Source: Acidobacteriota bacterium (GTDB lineage: Bacteria > Acidobacteriota > Terriglobia > Bryobacterales > UBA6623). Taken from it: a stretch of 64,000 bases of DNA. Made by a program: the position numbers and the translations under genes. The DNA lies in contig JAQCLD010000007.1 in the NCBI GenBank assembly GCA_027592785.1, positions 7,995-71,994 of the forward strand, read 5' to 3'. Within the stretch, counting starts at the first letter, position 1. Each line of letters begins with the position of its first letter. This document shows, one piece after another, positions 19,172 through 30,046 of this stretch. The notes under the pieces are model-generated. The model was not told where the DNA came from. It ran no database searches and saw nothing but the letters and a program-made list of their open reading frames with translations.

Positions 19172-20038
19172 CTAGATCTCCGTAAAGAAGGAACCAAGCG
19201 ATCGGAACTTCTGGTAACGCGCTTCACGGAGGCTCTCTCCGTCTACGCCGTCGAGCGCGGCAAGATTGCGCTCGATGGCATCGCCTAAAAGTCGAGCCGC
19301 CTCGTCCCAATCGGTGTGCGCGCCATCTCCGGGCTCGTCTACGACTTCGTCGACCATACCCAGTTCGAGCAAGTCCGGCGCGGTTAGCTTTAGAGCCTCC
19401 GCCGCCAATTCCGCGTTCGCCGCGTCGCGCCAGACAATTGCGGCGCAGCTTTCCGGCGAGATCACGCTGTAGACGCCGTTCTCTAGGATCAGCACAGCAT
19501 TGCCGACGCCAATGGCCAATGCGCCGCCGCTGCCGCCTTCGCCGACACAGACGCAGATAACCGGCACCGTCAGCTCTGCCATGACGTAGAGGTTGCGGGC
19601 GATTGCCTCGGCCTGGCCGCGTTCTTCGGCGTCGATGCCGGGATAGGCTCCTGGCGTATCGATGAGAGCGACGATCGGACGACCGAACTTTTCGGCCATG
19701 CGCATCGCGCGCATCGCTTTGCGGTACCCCTCCGGTTTAGGCATCCCGAAGTTGTGCCGCATGCGGGCCTTCGTATCCCGACCCTTTTCCTGGCCGATGA
19801 CCATCACCTGACGGCCCCGTAGGGAGGCAAACCCGGCCATGATAGCCGGATCATCCGCAAACAAGCGATCCCCGCGAATCTCCGTGAACGACTCAAACAT
19901 GCGGCTGATGTAGTCGACCACATGCGGGCGTTCCGGGTGCCGTGCCAGCAAGACCCGCGCCCAGGCGCCCTGAGGCTCCGGCTCCATTCCGTCGTTTGGC
20001 TGTTGTTCCTGTTCGGACATGCGCGCCTGAGTGACCAT
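19172..20038 (-). CDS. accA: Acetyl-CoA carboxylase carboxyltransferase alpha subunit
   Basis: ...FGMPKPEGYRKA..LIDTPGAYPG..ERGQAEAIA... The start is ambiguous (ATG 20038 or 20020). The track start at 20101 overlaps dnaE. Confidence 0.9.
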   Translation of the reverse strand: MVTQARMSEQEQQPNDGMEPEPQGAWARVLLARHPERPHVVDYISRMFESFTEIRGDRLFADDPAIMAGFASLRGRQVMVIGQEKGRDTKARMRHNFGMPKPEGYRKAMRAMRMAEKFGRPIVALIDTPGAYPGIDAEERGQAEAIARNLYVMAELTVPVICVCVGEGGSGGALAIGVGNAVLILENGVYSVISPESCAAIVWRDAANAELAAEALKLTAPDLLELGMVDEVVDEPGDGAHTDWDEAARLLGDAIERNLAALDGVDGESLREARYQKFRSLGSFFTEI

Positions 20039-20061
20039 TATCGCGCAGGTCTGCTCACTAC

Positions 20062-23000
20062 CTAACCGCTGGCTAGGACCTCCACCGATCCCTTGCCGCA
20101 AATCTCCTCAGCAGCTCGGCGAAACGCCTTGTCTCCGCGGACGCGATCGGCAAGGTCGTAGACCACCAGATACTCTTTCTGGCGCAGCATCCGCAATCGA
20201 ATATCGGTATCTCCCGGCTTACTGTCGATCAGCGTCCGCAGCTTTGCTGATATCTCCTGCCCGAGACCCGCTCCGTTGCTGAGTCGCACGGTGAGGGAAA
20301 TCTGTGCCGGGAGTTTGATCCGCGTATTGTCGAGCGAAACAATCTCGGTCGCCGATATCTTCGGCGGTGAAGACTCGTCGGTACGCACCTGGCCGCGAAT
20401 CAGCACGGGGCGGTCATTCTCGAGTTCCGGGGCCAATCCCTCGTATTGATTCGCGAATACAAGAACCTCCGTGCTCCCTTTCTGATCCTCAAGAGCGCCA
20501 ATCGCCCAGGGCCGACCTTCGCGATTCCGCTTCCGCTGGATATTGGTGAGGACGCCGCACATGGCGGTCTCCATGCCCTGTTCTTTCTCGCCAATACTGA
20601 CCGAATCGCATTCGGCCAATTCCGAAATCTTGTCCCCGTACTCGTCGAGCGGATGCCCTGTCACATAGAACCCGAGCATCTCCTTCTCATTCGCCAGCAG
20701 AGTCAGCTTGTCCATCTCGGGCACATCGGGCAAACTTTGGCCGTCGTTGAGATCCTCTTCGGCGGGTATTGCGGCAAACAGGCCACCTTGCCCAACTGCT
20801 CGATCCCGCGCCGTTTTCTGCCCCGTCTCGATGGCACTGTCCAGCCCAGCCAACAATTGCGCTCGCAGCCCGCCTAGAGAATCCAGCGCCCCTCCCTTCA
20901 CCGCGCTCTCCAACATGCGCTTGTTGATCTTGCCCCAGTCGACTTCTTCGCAAAAATGGAACAACGACCGGAAGGGTCCGCCTATTCTTTCGCGGGCCTC
21001 AATGACAGCATCGACTGCTCCGCGGCCTACGTTCTTAATCGCCCCGAGCCCAAAACGCATCGCAGCATCCCCTGCAGGCGTGAAGTCCCAGTAAGAAGAA
21101 TTCACGTCGGGCGGCATGACTTGGATGTTCATGTCTCTGCACTCGTTGATGTAGCGCACCACCTTGTCCGTATTGTTCGATTCCGACGACAGCAGCGCCG
21201 CCATGAAGTAGACCGGGTAGTGCGCCTTCAAGTAGGCCGTGCAGTAAGCGACGAACCCATAGGCCGCCGAGTGTGACTTGTTGAAACCGTAACCGGCGAA
21301 CTGCGCCATTAGATCGAACAGCTTCTCGGCCTTGGCCTTAGGAAAGCCCTTCTCAGCGGACCCTTGCAGGAAGCGCGCCCGCTGCTTGTCCATCTCCGAC
21401 TGCTTTTTCTTGCCCATCGCTCGCCGCAGCATGTCCGCTTCGCCGAGGGAGTAGCCTGCGATCACGTTGGCGATCTGCATGACCTGCTCTTGGTAGACGA
21501 TGACGCCGTAGGTTTCTTCCAGGTACGGTTTGAGCTCCGGGAGCAGGTAGGTCACCTTCTTCCGGCCATGTTTGCGTTCGATGAAGTCAGTGACCATGCC
21601 ACCCTGGATCGGACCTGGCCGGTAAAGGGCGTTCAGCGCAATTAGGTCCTCCAGCCGCTCGGGCTGATAGCGGATCAAGATATCCCGCATGCCGCTCGAC
21701 TCAAACTGGAAAACGCCCGCGGTCAGCCCTTTCGCCAGAAGCTCAAAAGTCGGCTTGTCGTCTAGAGGGATATCGTTGAGTACGAGGTCTTCCTTCCTCT
21801 CTTTCTTGAGCCACTTGAGGGCGTCGTCAATCACCGTCAAAGTCGTGAGACCCAGAAAGTCCATCTTGAGCAGGGACAAGTAGTCCAAGCCCTTCATGTC
21901 GTACTGCGTGACGATTTCGTCCCTGGCCGTCTTGTAAAGCGGCACAAGGTTTGTCAGTGGTTCGGGCGCAATCACCACTCCGGCGGCGTGGACCGAAGGA
22001 TTCCGCGCAACGCCTTCCAAGCGGAGCGCCGTTTCCATCAACTTGGCGACTTGTTTGTCGTTCTTGATGGCCTCGCGCAGCTTGGGCTCTTGTTTGATGG
22101 CGTCGTCGAGCTTGATGTTCAGCACGTTCGGCACCAACTTGGTCAACTTGTCGACCTCGCCGAACGACATATCCATCACCCGGCCAACATCTTTGATGGC
22201 CGCTTTCGTTGCCATCGTATTGAACGTGATGATCTGCGCGACTTGTTCGCGACCGTACTTCTCGGTGACGTACTGAATCACCTCGCCGCGGCGGTTCATG
22301 CAGAAGTCGATGTCGATATCGGGCATCGACACGCGCTCCGGATTCAGGAATCGTTCGAAAAGCAACCCGTACTGCAGCGGATCGATGTCCGTGATCTCCA
22401 TCGAGTACGCGACGAGCGACCCTGCCGCTGAGCCGCGTCCCGGCCCGACCGGAATGCGCATCGACTTCGCGTAGCGGATAAAGTCCCAGACGATCAGAAA
22501 GTATCCCGTGTACTGCATCTGCTGGATGACTTTGATTTCGTAATCCAGTCGCTCGTAATACTCTTCGAGCGGGCTACGCAGCAGGCCCTTGTCGCGCTGA
22601 TGCTCCAAGTACGCCCGGCGCTTCTCCAGCCCTTGGCGAGCAATATATTCAAAGTACGTCGCGCTGCTCTGCCCCTTCGGCACTTCGAAATCCGGAAACG
22701 GATTGGCGATCTTCTCGATTTTGAGGTCGCACATCTGCGCGATCTCCCAGGTCCGGTCCAACGGCCCGGCGTCACCGCCCAGAGCCTGCAGCATCTCGTC
22801 GCGCGACTTCAGATAAAATTCGTTCGTCTCGAACTTCATCCGGTTCGGGTCGCTGAGCGTCTTACCCGTCTGCACGCAAAGCAGCGCTTCATGCGCGTTG
22901 CAGTCATCCTTGGTCAGATAGTGCGCGTCATTCGTCGCGACCAGAGGAATCCCCGTCTCTTTGCTTAGACGGTGCAGCATCGGCAGGAACTTTTTGTCTA

Positions 23001-23544
23001 GATCCAACCCATGGTCTTGGATCTCGATGAAGAAGTTGTCCTTCCCGAAGATGTCTGCGTACAAGTAGGCCAAGCGCCGACCTTCTTCGTAGTCGTCCTT
23101 CTCGACCATCGCCTCGGCAAGCTCGCCTGCGAGGCAAGCCGACGTGCAGATCAAGCCGTCGGAATGCTTCGCCAGTAAATCTTTGTCGATGCGCGGCTTA
23201 TAGTAGAAGCCCTCTAGATAGCCCGTCGAGACAAGCTTAATCAGGTTGCGGTAGCCGGCTTCGTTCTTGCAGAGCAACAGCAAGTGGTGGTAACCGCCAT
23301 GCTCCTTCTTATCTTTGTGGTCGCCTTTAGCTACGTAAACCTCGCAGCCGATGATCGGCTTGATCCCCTTTGCTTTGGCGGCGGTGTAGAACTCGACCGC
23401 GCCAAAGAGATTCCCATGATCGGTAATCGCCAGCGCGGGCCACTCACGTTCCTCCGCCAGCTTCATCAGCCGAGGAATATGACACGCGCCGTCGAGCAGC
23501 GAGTAGTCGGTGTGGTTGTGAAGATGAATGAATTGGCTAGCCAT
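20062..23544 (-). CDS. dnaE: DNA polymerase III alpha subunit
   Basis: PHP N-terminus FIHLHNHTDYSLLDGA, 1160 aa, with polymerase core and OB-fold regions. Confidence 0.95.
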   Translation of the reverse strand: MASQFIHLHNHTDYSLLDGACHIPRLMKLAEEREWPALAITDHGNLFGAVEFYTAAKAKGIKPIIGCEVYVAKGDHKDKKEHGGYHHLLLLCKNEAGYRNLIKLVSTGYLEGFYYKPRIDKDLLAKHSDGLICTSACLAGELAEAMVEKDDYEEGRRLAYLYADIFGKDNFFIEIQDHGLDLDKKFLPMLHRLSKETGIPLVATNDAHYLTKDDCNAHEALLCVQTGKTLSDPNRMKFETNEFYLKSRDEMLQALGGDAGPLDRTWEIAQMCDLKIEKIANPFPDFEVPKGQSSATYFEYIARQGLEKRRAYLEHQRDKGLLRSPLEEYYERLDYEIKVIQQMQYTGYFLIVWDFIRYAKSMRIPVGPGRGSAAGSLVAYSMEITDIDPLQYGLLFERFLNPERVSMPDIDIDFCMNRRGEVIQYVTEKYGREQVAQIITFNTMATKAAIKDVGRVMDMSFGEVDKLTKLVPNVLNIKLDDAIKQEPKLREAIKNDKQVAKLMETALRLEGVARNPSVHAAGVVIAPEPLTNLVPLYKTARDEIVTQYDMKGLDYLSLLKMDFLGLTTLTVIDDALKWLKKERKEDLVLNDIPLDDKPTFELLAKGLTAGVFQFESSGMRDILIRYQPERLEDLIALNALYRPGPIQGGMVTDFIERKHGRKKVTYLLPELKPYLEETYGVIVYQEQVMQIANVIAGYSLGEADMLRRAMGKKKQSEMDKQRARFLQGSAEKGFPKAKAEKLFDLMAQFAGYGFNKSHSAAYGFVAYCTAYLKAHYPVYFMAALLSSESNNTDKVVRYINECRDMNIQVMPPDVNSSYWDFTPAGDAAMRFGLGAIKNVGRGAVDAVIEARERIGGPFRSLFHFCEEVDWGKINKRMLESAVKGGALDSLGGLRAQLLAGLDSAIETGQKTARDRAVGQGGLFAAIPAEEDLNDGQSLPDVPEMDKLTLLANEKEMLGFYVTGHPLDEYGDKISELAECDSVSIGEKEQGMETAMCGVLTNIQRKRNREGRPWAIGALEDQKGSTEVLVFANQYEGLAPELENDRPVLIRGQVRTDESSPPKISATEIVSLDNTRIKLPAQISLTVRLSNGAGLGQEISAKLRTLIDSKPGDTDIRLRMLRQKEYLVVYDLADRVRGDKAFRRAAEEICGKGSVEVLASG

Positions 23545-23663
23545 GCGGGATGACCGAGGTCCACGTCCCGGCGGAAGCAGGCCTCGCCCTTATTCTAGGT
23601 CTCCGTAGGGACCGTCAACAAGCCATCCGGAAAGCGCTCAGGAACCGACCGTTAGCAGCTGAC

Positions 23664-24431
23664 CTAGACGTCTTCCGGCCGGCCCGCCGTAAAGCCGCCG
23701 TCCACGGCAAGGGCCTGCCCGGTAATAAAAGCGGCGTCATCGGAGGCAAGAAACGCAACGGCGGCCGCGATGTCGTCGGCGGTCGCGAAGCGCCCAAGCG
23801 GGTGCATCAGTCGTATCCGCTCCGCCTTCTGCGCATCGGCGAACAAACCCTTGGTCATGCCGGTATCGACGAAACCCGGGCAGACCGCGTTTACGCGAAT
23901 GCCCTCGTGCGCATAGTCCAGCGCCATATTTTTGGTCAGCGTGATCACAGCGCCCTTTGACAGCGAATATGCGGCCCTGTTGCGAACGCCCACGAGCCCC
24001 ACGATCGACGCTGTGTTGATGATCACGCCGCCGGGCCGCGTCAAATAGGGCAATACGCTTTTGGCGCACAGAAATGCGCCGCGGATGTTGACCCGCAGGA
24101 CTCGATCCAGACCTTCGACGTCCTGTTCCCCGACAGGGTGCCGAACCGCAACGCCGGCATTGTTGAAGAGGATGTCAATCCTACCGGCGATCCGCGCTGC
24201 CTCCGCCGAGGCGGCCCGCATGGAACCCTCCTCGGCAACATCGCACTCCACCGCGAATCCCTTGCCGCCCGCCTGCTGAATCATCGCGACAGTCTCTTCC
24301 GCGGACGGCAGGTCGATATCCGCGGCGGCAACGGTGGCGCCTTCAGCGGCCAGACGCAACGCAGTGGCCCGGCCGATTCCCGAACCTGCGCCTGTGATGA
24401 ACGCTGCCCTGTCGATGAAACGAGCGCTCAC
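23664..24431 (-). CDS. Short-chain dehydrogenase/reductase (SDR)
   Basis: TGAGSGIGRA cofactor loop, NNAG, and YSLSK catalytic motif. Confidence 0.85.
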   Translation of the reverse strand: MSARFIDRAAFITGAGSGIGRATALRLAAEGATVAAADIDLPSAEETVAMIQQAGGKGFAVECDVAEEGSMRAASAEAARIAGRIDILFNNAGVAVRHPVGEQDVEGLDRVLRVNIRGAFLCAKSVLPYLTRPGGVIINTASIVGLVGVRNRAAYSLSKGAVITLTKNMALDYAHEGIRVNAVCPGFVDTGMTKGLFADAQKAERIRLMHPLGRFATADDIAAAVAFLASDDAAFITGQALAVDGGFTAGRPEDV

Positions 24432-24437
24432 GACAAC

Positions 24438-25229
24438 CTAGCGGGCCGATGCCTGCTCAATGGCCGCCCGGGCGATCGGCTCCATGATGGCGTAGCCGGC
24501 CTCGTTCGGGTGAATTCCGTCGGTGCTGAGGCCTTCTTTCATCTCGCCTTTCTCATCCGACATCGCGGAATGGTAGTCGGCGTAGACGCAGCCGTGTCCC
24601 TCGCAGTAACCCTTCATCCACTGATTGACGGCCGCGACCTTCGGCACCGGTTCCAGACCAGGACGCCAAGGATAGTCCCACGCAGGCGTGATGGAGGCGA
24701 GAACGACCTTGATGCCTGCAGCTTCCGCCAGTTGCGTCATGGCCCTCAGGTTATCGGTGATCATGTCGATCGTCGATGGCCCTGTGTTACCTGCAATATC
24801 GTTGGTGCCAGCGTTGATCACGACGACCTCCGGCTTGAGGGCTACAACGTCCTGCTGGAATCGCACCAACATCTGCGGCGTGGTCTGACCGCTAATGCCT
24901 CGGCCTACGTTCCCGGTACCACTAAAGAATGCCTCAGAACGGCGCGGCCAAGCGTCAGTAATAGAATCACCCATGAAGACCACACGAGGCGGCCCCAAAG
25001 GGTTGGAAGAGAGCAACTCCGCATTAGCCTCGTGGTACCGCCGCAACTGAGCCCAGTCGTTCCGTAGACGTTCATCCTCCGCCTTACGCCGCGCCTCAAT
25101 CTGCTCAGCAGTGGGCTGCGCTCGTGGGGCGGGAGCCTGCGGCCATGCAGGAGCGGCAATTAGAAGCAGTAGCAGCGGCAAGAAGGATTTCATTCGCCTG
25201 ACTCTAACACCAGGGCGAACTCGAAACAA
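24438..25229 (-). CDS. Secreted SGNH/GDSL hydrolase
   Basis: Signal peptide and block I motif VVFMGDSITDAW, then GxND (AGTNDI) and DGIHP near the C-terminus. Confidence 0.8.
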   Translation of the reverse strand: MFRVRPGVRVRRMKSFLPLLLLLIAAPAWPQAPAPRAQPTAEQIEARRKAEDERLRNDWAQLRRYHEANAELLSSNPLGPPRVVFMGDSITDAWPRRSEAFFSGTGNVGRGISGQTTPQMLVRFQQDVVALKPEVVVINAGTNDIAGNTGPSTIDMITDNLRAMTQLAEAAGIKVVLASITPAWDYPWRPGLEPVPKVAAVNQWMKGYCEGHGCVYADYHSAMSDEKGEMKEGLSTDGIHPNEAGYAIMEPIARAAIEQASAR

Positions 25230-25246
25230 CTGAGGGAACTAGACAT

Positions 25247-27379
25247 CTAGTACGCCAAGATTCGGCGCATCTCAGCCTCGACGTGTTTCGTCTGCGGCAA
25301 TATCTCGCGCTCCAACTCGGGCCGATAGGCGACCCACACGTCCATGGCGCCGATGCGCCCGATCGGAGCGTCCAGGTAGTCAAAAAGCTCGCTGGCGATT
25401 CGTGCCGAAATTTCCGAGCCGAAACCCCAACTCAGCATGTCTTCGTGGACGACAATCACTCGACTCGTCTTTTTCACCGATTCAGCGATAGCCTCCCAGT
25501 CATAGGGGCTCAATGAACGCAAGTCGAGAACTTCGATAGAGGCGCCGGTCTCTTCTGCAATATTCGCTGCGGCGAGCATCGATTTCTGGACCAAAGCCCC
25601 ATAGGTGACAACCGTCAAATCGTTGCCCTCGCGAACCTTGGCCGCCTTGCCGAAGGGCACCATGTAGTCGGGTCCCGGATATTGACTGCGGTTATACGTT
25701 TCGCGATAGAGCTTCTTGTGCTCCAAGAACAGGACCGGATCGTCGCAACGAATTGCCGTCCGCAGCAGGCCATTCGCATCTCGGGCATTGGACGGGAAAA
25801 TAACCCGTAGCCCGGGGATATGCGTAAACGTCGACTCTCCGGACTGCGAGTGATAGACCGACCCGCCGTTCAGGTAGCCGCCGATGGGCACGCGCATCAC
25901 GAAAGGCGCCGAGAAGCCATTGTTCGACCGCCAGCGCAGCGACGCCAACTCATCACGGATCTGCATCATGGCCGGCCAAATGTAGTCAAAGAACTGAATC
26001 TCGACTACTGGCTTCAGGCCGCGCGTGGCCATACCGGTTCCTCGCCCGACAATCGCCGCTTCAGCTATCGGCGAGTTAAACACCCTGCGGCCGCCATGCT
26101 TGCGCTGCAGCCCGAGCGTCGCCTTGAAAACGCCGCCTTTGCCTTTAACCTGTTCGAGGTTTTCTTCCCGGCTGCAGTCCGCCACATCTTCGCCAAACAC
26201 GTAAATGCGTTCGTCCCTGGCCATTTCGTCGTCCATGCAGACGTTGATCAAATCGACCATCGTCCGCGGCTCGCCTTCCAGCTTTGCCTCGGTCGAGAAA
26301 GCCGCCGATGTCGGGTCGACATCCGGAGAGTACAAATAATGCATCACCGTTTCAGGCTTCGGAGGCGGAGAGGCGACCGCTTCGATTGCCGCCCGCTGAA
26401 CTTCTTCCTCGATGCCGGCCTGTATATCGAGCAGATCCGTCCGCTTGGCGATGCCCTCTTGCAACAAGACATCAGCGAATCGCTGGATGGCGTCGCGGCA
26501 GTCTTCTTCCTCGCGCTCCGCCGGCGTCTTATAGGACGCTACGTCATCCGATTGTGAGTGGCCGTAGGGGCGCGTTACGTGGGCGTGAACCAACGCTGGC
26601 CCCCCGCCGTTGCGGCAATGTTGGAAGGCCTGTTCCAATGTGGTGAAGCTAGCCTGAAAGTCGCTGCCGTCCGTCTCGTAAATGGACAGCCCCGGAAAAC
26701 TCTGCAGCAACTTCGAGATGCTGCCGCCCGGCGTTTGCGCCTCAACCGGGACGGAAATGGCGTAACCGTTGTCCTCAATCAGATAGAGCAAAGGAAGCTT
26801 TTCGAGAGAGGCCGCGTTGATCGACTCCCAGAACTCGCCCTCGGACGTCGAGCCTTCGCCTGCACAGACGACCGTGACCTCGTACTCCTCGGCTTCGTCG
26901 CCCTGCGCTAACCGGCTGGCATGTGCGCAGCCCACTGCTTGAAGGCACTGCGTACCAGTGGCGCTCGACGGCGTCACGATATTTAGCTCCGGAAACGACC
27001 AGTGCGTCGGCATCTGCCGACCGCCTGACGCAGGGTCAGCGGCAGCGCCAACAGTCTGAAGTAACATTTCGAGCGGTGTGACGCCCAAAGTTAAGCAGAT
27101 GGCGCGATCGCGATAGTAAGGGTATAGCCAGTCGACGCCGCGCCGCATATGCATGCCTGCAGCGACCTGTATCGCCTCATGGCCAGCACAACTGATCTGG
27201 AAAAAAGCTTGGTTTTGGCGCTTGAGAATGAGCTCTCTGTCATCCAATCGCCGCGACAAGTACATCAGCCGATATACCTGCAGAAGGTCGTCGGATGAAA
27301 GGCCGACAACAGGCGATGTGTAAGATGATCGCAGCCGACTGCTTTCACTCATGAGCCACGGGACACTATAACATGTCAT
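25247..27379 (-). CDS. Fused alpha+beta E1 component of a TPP-dependent 2-oxoacid dehydrogenase (710 aa)
   Basis: The N-terminal half has the E1-alpha TPP motif ([15 protein letters not shown]). The C-terminal half is an E1-beta/transketolase-like pyrimidine-binding domain. ATG 27379 is preceded by GAGAGG. Confidence 0.85.
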   Translation of the reverse strand: MTCYSVPWLMSESSRLRSSYTSPVVGLSSDDLLQVYRLMYLSRRLDDRELILKRQNQAFFQISCAGHEAIQVAAGMHMRRGVDWLYPYYRDRAICLTLGVTPLEMLLQTVGAAADPASGGRQMPTHWSFPELNIVTPSSATGTQCLQAVGCAHASRLAQGDEAEEYEVTVVCAGEGSTSEGEFWESINAASLEKLPLLYLIEDNGYAISVPVEAQTPGGSISKLLQSFPGLSIYETDGSDFQASFTTLEQAFQHCRNGGGPALVHAHVTRPYGHSQSDDVASYKTPAEREEEDCRDAIQRFADVLLQEGIAKRTDLLDIQAGIEEEVQRAAIEAVASPPPKPETVMHYLYSPDVDPTSAAFSTEAKLEGEPRTMVDLINVCMDDEMARDERIYVFGEDVADCSREENLEQVKGKGGVFKATLGLQRKHGGRRVFNSPIAEAAIVGRGTGMATRGLKPVVEIQFFDYIWPAMMQIRDELASLRWRSNNGFSAPFVMRVPIGGYLNGGSVYHSQSGESTFTHIPGLRVIFPSNARDANGLLRTAIRCDDPVLFLEHKKLYRETYNRSQYPGPDYMVPFGKAAKVREGNDLTVVTYGALVQKSMLAAANIAEETGASIEVLDLRSLSPYDWEAIAESVKKTSRVIVVHEDMLSWGFGSEISARIASELFDYLDAPIGRIGAMDVWVAYRPELEREILPQTKHVEAEMRRILAY

Positions 27380-27441
27380 CCGCCTCTCACACTCGTCTGA
27401 CCGTCTGGCTGAACGATAACTAGTATAGTTTTCTGTAGTTT

Positions 27442-29235
27442 ATGTCGAAGAAATGGATCCGCAAGAATTCGATGCCGGCCCTGATGGCAGGCTTAGCGGC
27501 GGTTCTTCTGTTGTTGGCGGGCCTGCAGTACCGCTGGATCGGGGAAATCAGCGAGGCCGATCGCGACCGCTTGAGCCGCGGACTCGATGTCGCGGCTGAG
27601 CAGTTTCGCCGGGACTTCAATCGCGAGTTAGCCGGCGTTGCATCCTCTTTTCAGATCCGCCCCGGCGATATCGCCCGTCGCGACTGGAACTTCTTGGCGG
27701 ACGATCTGGCCCGATGGACGGATTCCGGCCCCGTCGGATTGAGAATCGACGCCCTCTATATTCATGAAGGACCCTCCGATGGAAGCGCCCCACGAATGCT
27801 CCAGCTGCTACGCGGCGGCCAGCAGTTTGAGGAGGTCGTGGCGCCTCGTGAGGTCCAAGCAGCCTTGGACGCTTTGCCCCGGCCATTCGGTCGCGGCGGC
27901 GGTCCGCCCGGGCCCCGCAGCACCTACTGGGCTTTTCTACCGGATGCTCCAGCACTGGTCACCCGTTTAGTCAGCCGACCGCCTGGAGGACGCGGGCGCG
28001 GCGGCAATGGAAGGGACGTTTACGGTGAGCTAGTTGTAATGTTCAACCGAGAGGCGTTGCTCGGATCCCTCCTGCCTGAAATCGAAAGTCGCTTTGTCCC
28101 CGCCAGCGGTGAGCAACACTACCAACTTGCGGTAGTCGACCCGGCAACGTCACAGGTGCTCTTCGCCAACGCGGAGATTCCGGCCGAAGACTTCCTCAAC
28201 GCTGAGCAGCAACTCCCACTCGTTTACACGGTAGAGGAACTCATAGCGCGCTTCGCGGCGCGGCGCGGTCGACCAGCAGGACCCGGCGGGCCGGATCTGG
28301 ACAGTCTGCCTACCGAACAGCGTCCCGAGCGCTCCTTCTCTCGCGCCGTGGTCGCCTCCGAGCCCAATCGGGGCGGGTGGGTCCTAGCAGCTCGACATAG
28401 CGGGGGATCCCTCGCCGAAGTCGTCTCCGGTCTCCGAACGCGTAATTTGGCAATCAGCTTCAGCATTCTTCTGTTGCTCTCTGTCGGCCTCGCCTTAGCT
28501 CTCATCTCGGCACGACGGGCCGAAAAACTCGCCCAACTGCAGATGGAGTTTGTGGCGGGCGTCTCTCACGAGCTGCGTACACCGATTGCAGTCATTCGCC
28601 AGGCTGCCGACAATCTCGCCGAAGGCGTTGTTTCATCCCCCGAGCAAACCCGTGATTACGGCCGGCTGATGCGTGCGGAAGGTAGACGGCTGACGAACAT
28701 GGTGGAGCAGACTCTCCAATTCGCCTCGTCCCAAGCCGGCAAACAGCGCTACTCGGTCGAAACTCTGTTGCCTGCGGACTTGATTGAACTCGCGGTAGCG
28801 GAATCGCGATCGGAGATAGCCGAGTCGGGAGTTGAGTTGACGTTGGACGTCGCCCAGGACCTGCCGCCCGTCCGAGGCGATTCCTCTGCTGTGATGCAGT
28901 GCTTGCGCAACCTCCTAAGCAACGCGGTGAAGTATCGCGGGCAGACCAAAAAGATCACCCTCGCTGCTGTCGCGGAAGACCGTTTAGTCAGATTCGACGT
29001 CAGCGATTTCGGTCTGGGCATTGGCCCCGAGGATCTGCCTCACATTTTCGAACCTTTCTATCGCGGCCGCCAGGCCGTCGACGCCCAGATACAGGGCAGC
29101 GGCCTGGGCCTCAGCCTGGCTAAGGAGGCGGCTGAGGCCTCAGGCGGCACGCTGACTGCCGCAAGCCACCTCGGCTCAGGCAGTACATTCACGCTGCGGC
29201 TTCCGGTCGCGGAAGCCCAAGGAGCAGACTCTTAA
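27442..29235 (+). CDS. Sensor histidine kinase (large periplasmic domain, HisKA, HATPase)
   Basis: N-terminal TM helix, H-box VSHELRTPI, N-box LLSNAVKY, G-box GSGLGLSLAKE. Confidence 0.85.
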   Translation: MSKKWIRKNSMPALMAGLAAVLLLLAGLQYRWIGEISEADRDRLSRGLDVAAEQFRRDFNRELAGVASSFQIRPGDIARRDWNFLADDLARWTDSGPVGLRIDALYIHEGPSDGSAPRMLQLLRGGQQFEEVVAPREVQAALDALPRPFGRGGGPPGPRSTYWAFLPDAPALVTRLVSRPPGGRGRGGNGRDVYGELVVMFNREALLGSLLPEIESRFVPASGEQHYQLAVVDPATSQVLFANAEIPAEDFLNAEQQLPLVYTVEELIARFAARRGRPAGPGGPDLDSLPTEQRPERSFSRAVVASEPNRGGWVLAARHSGGSLAEVVSGLRTRNLAISFSILLLLSVGLALALISARRAEKLAQLQMEFVAGVSHELRTPIAVIRQAADNLAEGVVSSPEQTRDYGRLMRAEGRRLTNMVEQTLQFASSQAGKQRYSVETLLPADLIELAVAESRSEIAESGVELTLDVAQDLPPVRGDSSAVMQCLRNLLSNAVKYRGQTKKITLAAVAEDRLVRFDVSDFGLGIGPEDLPHIFEPFYRGRQAVDAQIQGSGLGLSLAKEAAEASGGTLTAASHLGSGSTFTLRLPVAEAQGADS

Positions 29236-29924
29236 TGTCGAAGAAGATTCTCATCATCGAAGACGAACCGGGACTGCGATTGACGCTCGGCGACCGCCTG
29301 CGAAGTGAAGGCTATGAGGTGGACACGGCTTCCGATGGTTTGGAGGGCGAAGCCAAAGCAACGACGGGTTCCTTCGACCTCATCCTGCTCGACGTCATGC
29401 TGCCTGGCAAAGGCGGATTCGATGTCTGCCGCGATGTGCGCCAGCACGGAACGACGACTCCAATTCTGATGCTGACGGCTCGCGGCCAAACCATCGACAA
29501 AGTCTTGGGCCTCAAAATTGGAGCAGACGACTATCTCACGAAGCCGTTCGAGACCATGGAACTCCTCGCCAGGGTCGAAGCCCTGTTGCGCCGCAACGCT
29601 TCTCCCGCCGCGGCCTCCTCGGCAAATTACTCATTCGGCGATGTCAAAGTTGACGTTCGCCGCACGGAAGTACGAAAAGGCGGAGAGGAGATCTCTTTGT
29701 CAGCGAAGGAGTTCCAGTTGCTCAAGTACTTCTTGGAACACCGCGGCGATACGCTCTCAAGAGACGTCCTGCTGCACGAAGTGTGGGATTACGACTCCAC
29801 GCCGACGACGCGCACCGTCGACGTGCACATTGCTTGGCTCAGGCAGAAGTTGGAAGAGAGCGCCAAGCAGCCCAGATGGATCCTCACCGTGCACGGCATG
29901 GGCTACAAGTTTGCCGAGGGATGA
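29235..29924 (+). CDS. OmpR/PhoB-family response regulator
   Basis: KILIIEDEPGL...DVMLPG receiver and winged-helix C-terminus (TVHGMGYKF). TAATG overlap with the kinase stop. Confidence 0.9.
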   Translation: MSKKILIIEDEPGLRLTLGDRLRSEGYEVDTASDGLEGEAKATTGSFDLILLDVMLPGKGGFDVCRDVRQHGTTTPILMLTARGQTIDKVLGLKIGADDYLTKPFETMELLARVEALLRRNASPAAASSANYSFGDVKVDVRRTEVRKGGEEISLSAKEFQLLKYFLEHRGDTLSRDVLLHEVWDYDSTPTTRTVDVHIAWLRQKLEESAKQPRWILTVHGMGYKFAEG

Positions 29925-29936
29925 CGTAAAGAGTGT

Positions 29937-29951
29937 TTTACGGCGATTTAA
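29937..29951. promoter_or_regulatory. Candidate response-regulator box resembling CpxR consensus (minus-strand reading TTAAA-N5-GTAAA)
   Basis: Plus strand 29935-29952 is gttttacggcgatttaac, whose reverse complement is GTTAAATCGCCGTAAAAC. It lies about 95-110 bp upstream of the Spy/CpxP-like gene. This is a by-eye match to the E. coli GTAAA-N5-GTAAA box only. Confidence 0.25.
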
Positions 29952-30046
29952 CGTTCCGATAACACCCCAAACGACGCTATGCACGTCTCCTATTAGTGAG
30001 AGTCGCAACCAACGCGGCGAAAACGAAATCGTAAGGAGATAAGATC

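Noticed and set aside
23545-23663. SRP-RNA-like string (cccggcggaagcaggcc) upstream of dnaE
   Set aside because: It is only a short partial resemblance to the GGAAGCAGCC core. The flanking sequence cannot form the conserved domain IV helix and the region is too short.
24138-25067. 309-aa + strand ORF spanning the SDR and SGNH hydrolase genes
   Set aside because: It is antisense to two motif-supported genes and crosses their intergenic gap. No recognisable domains.
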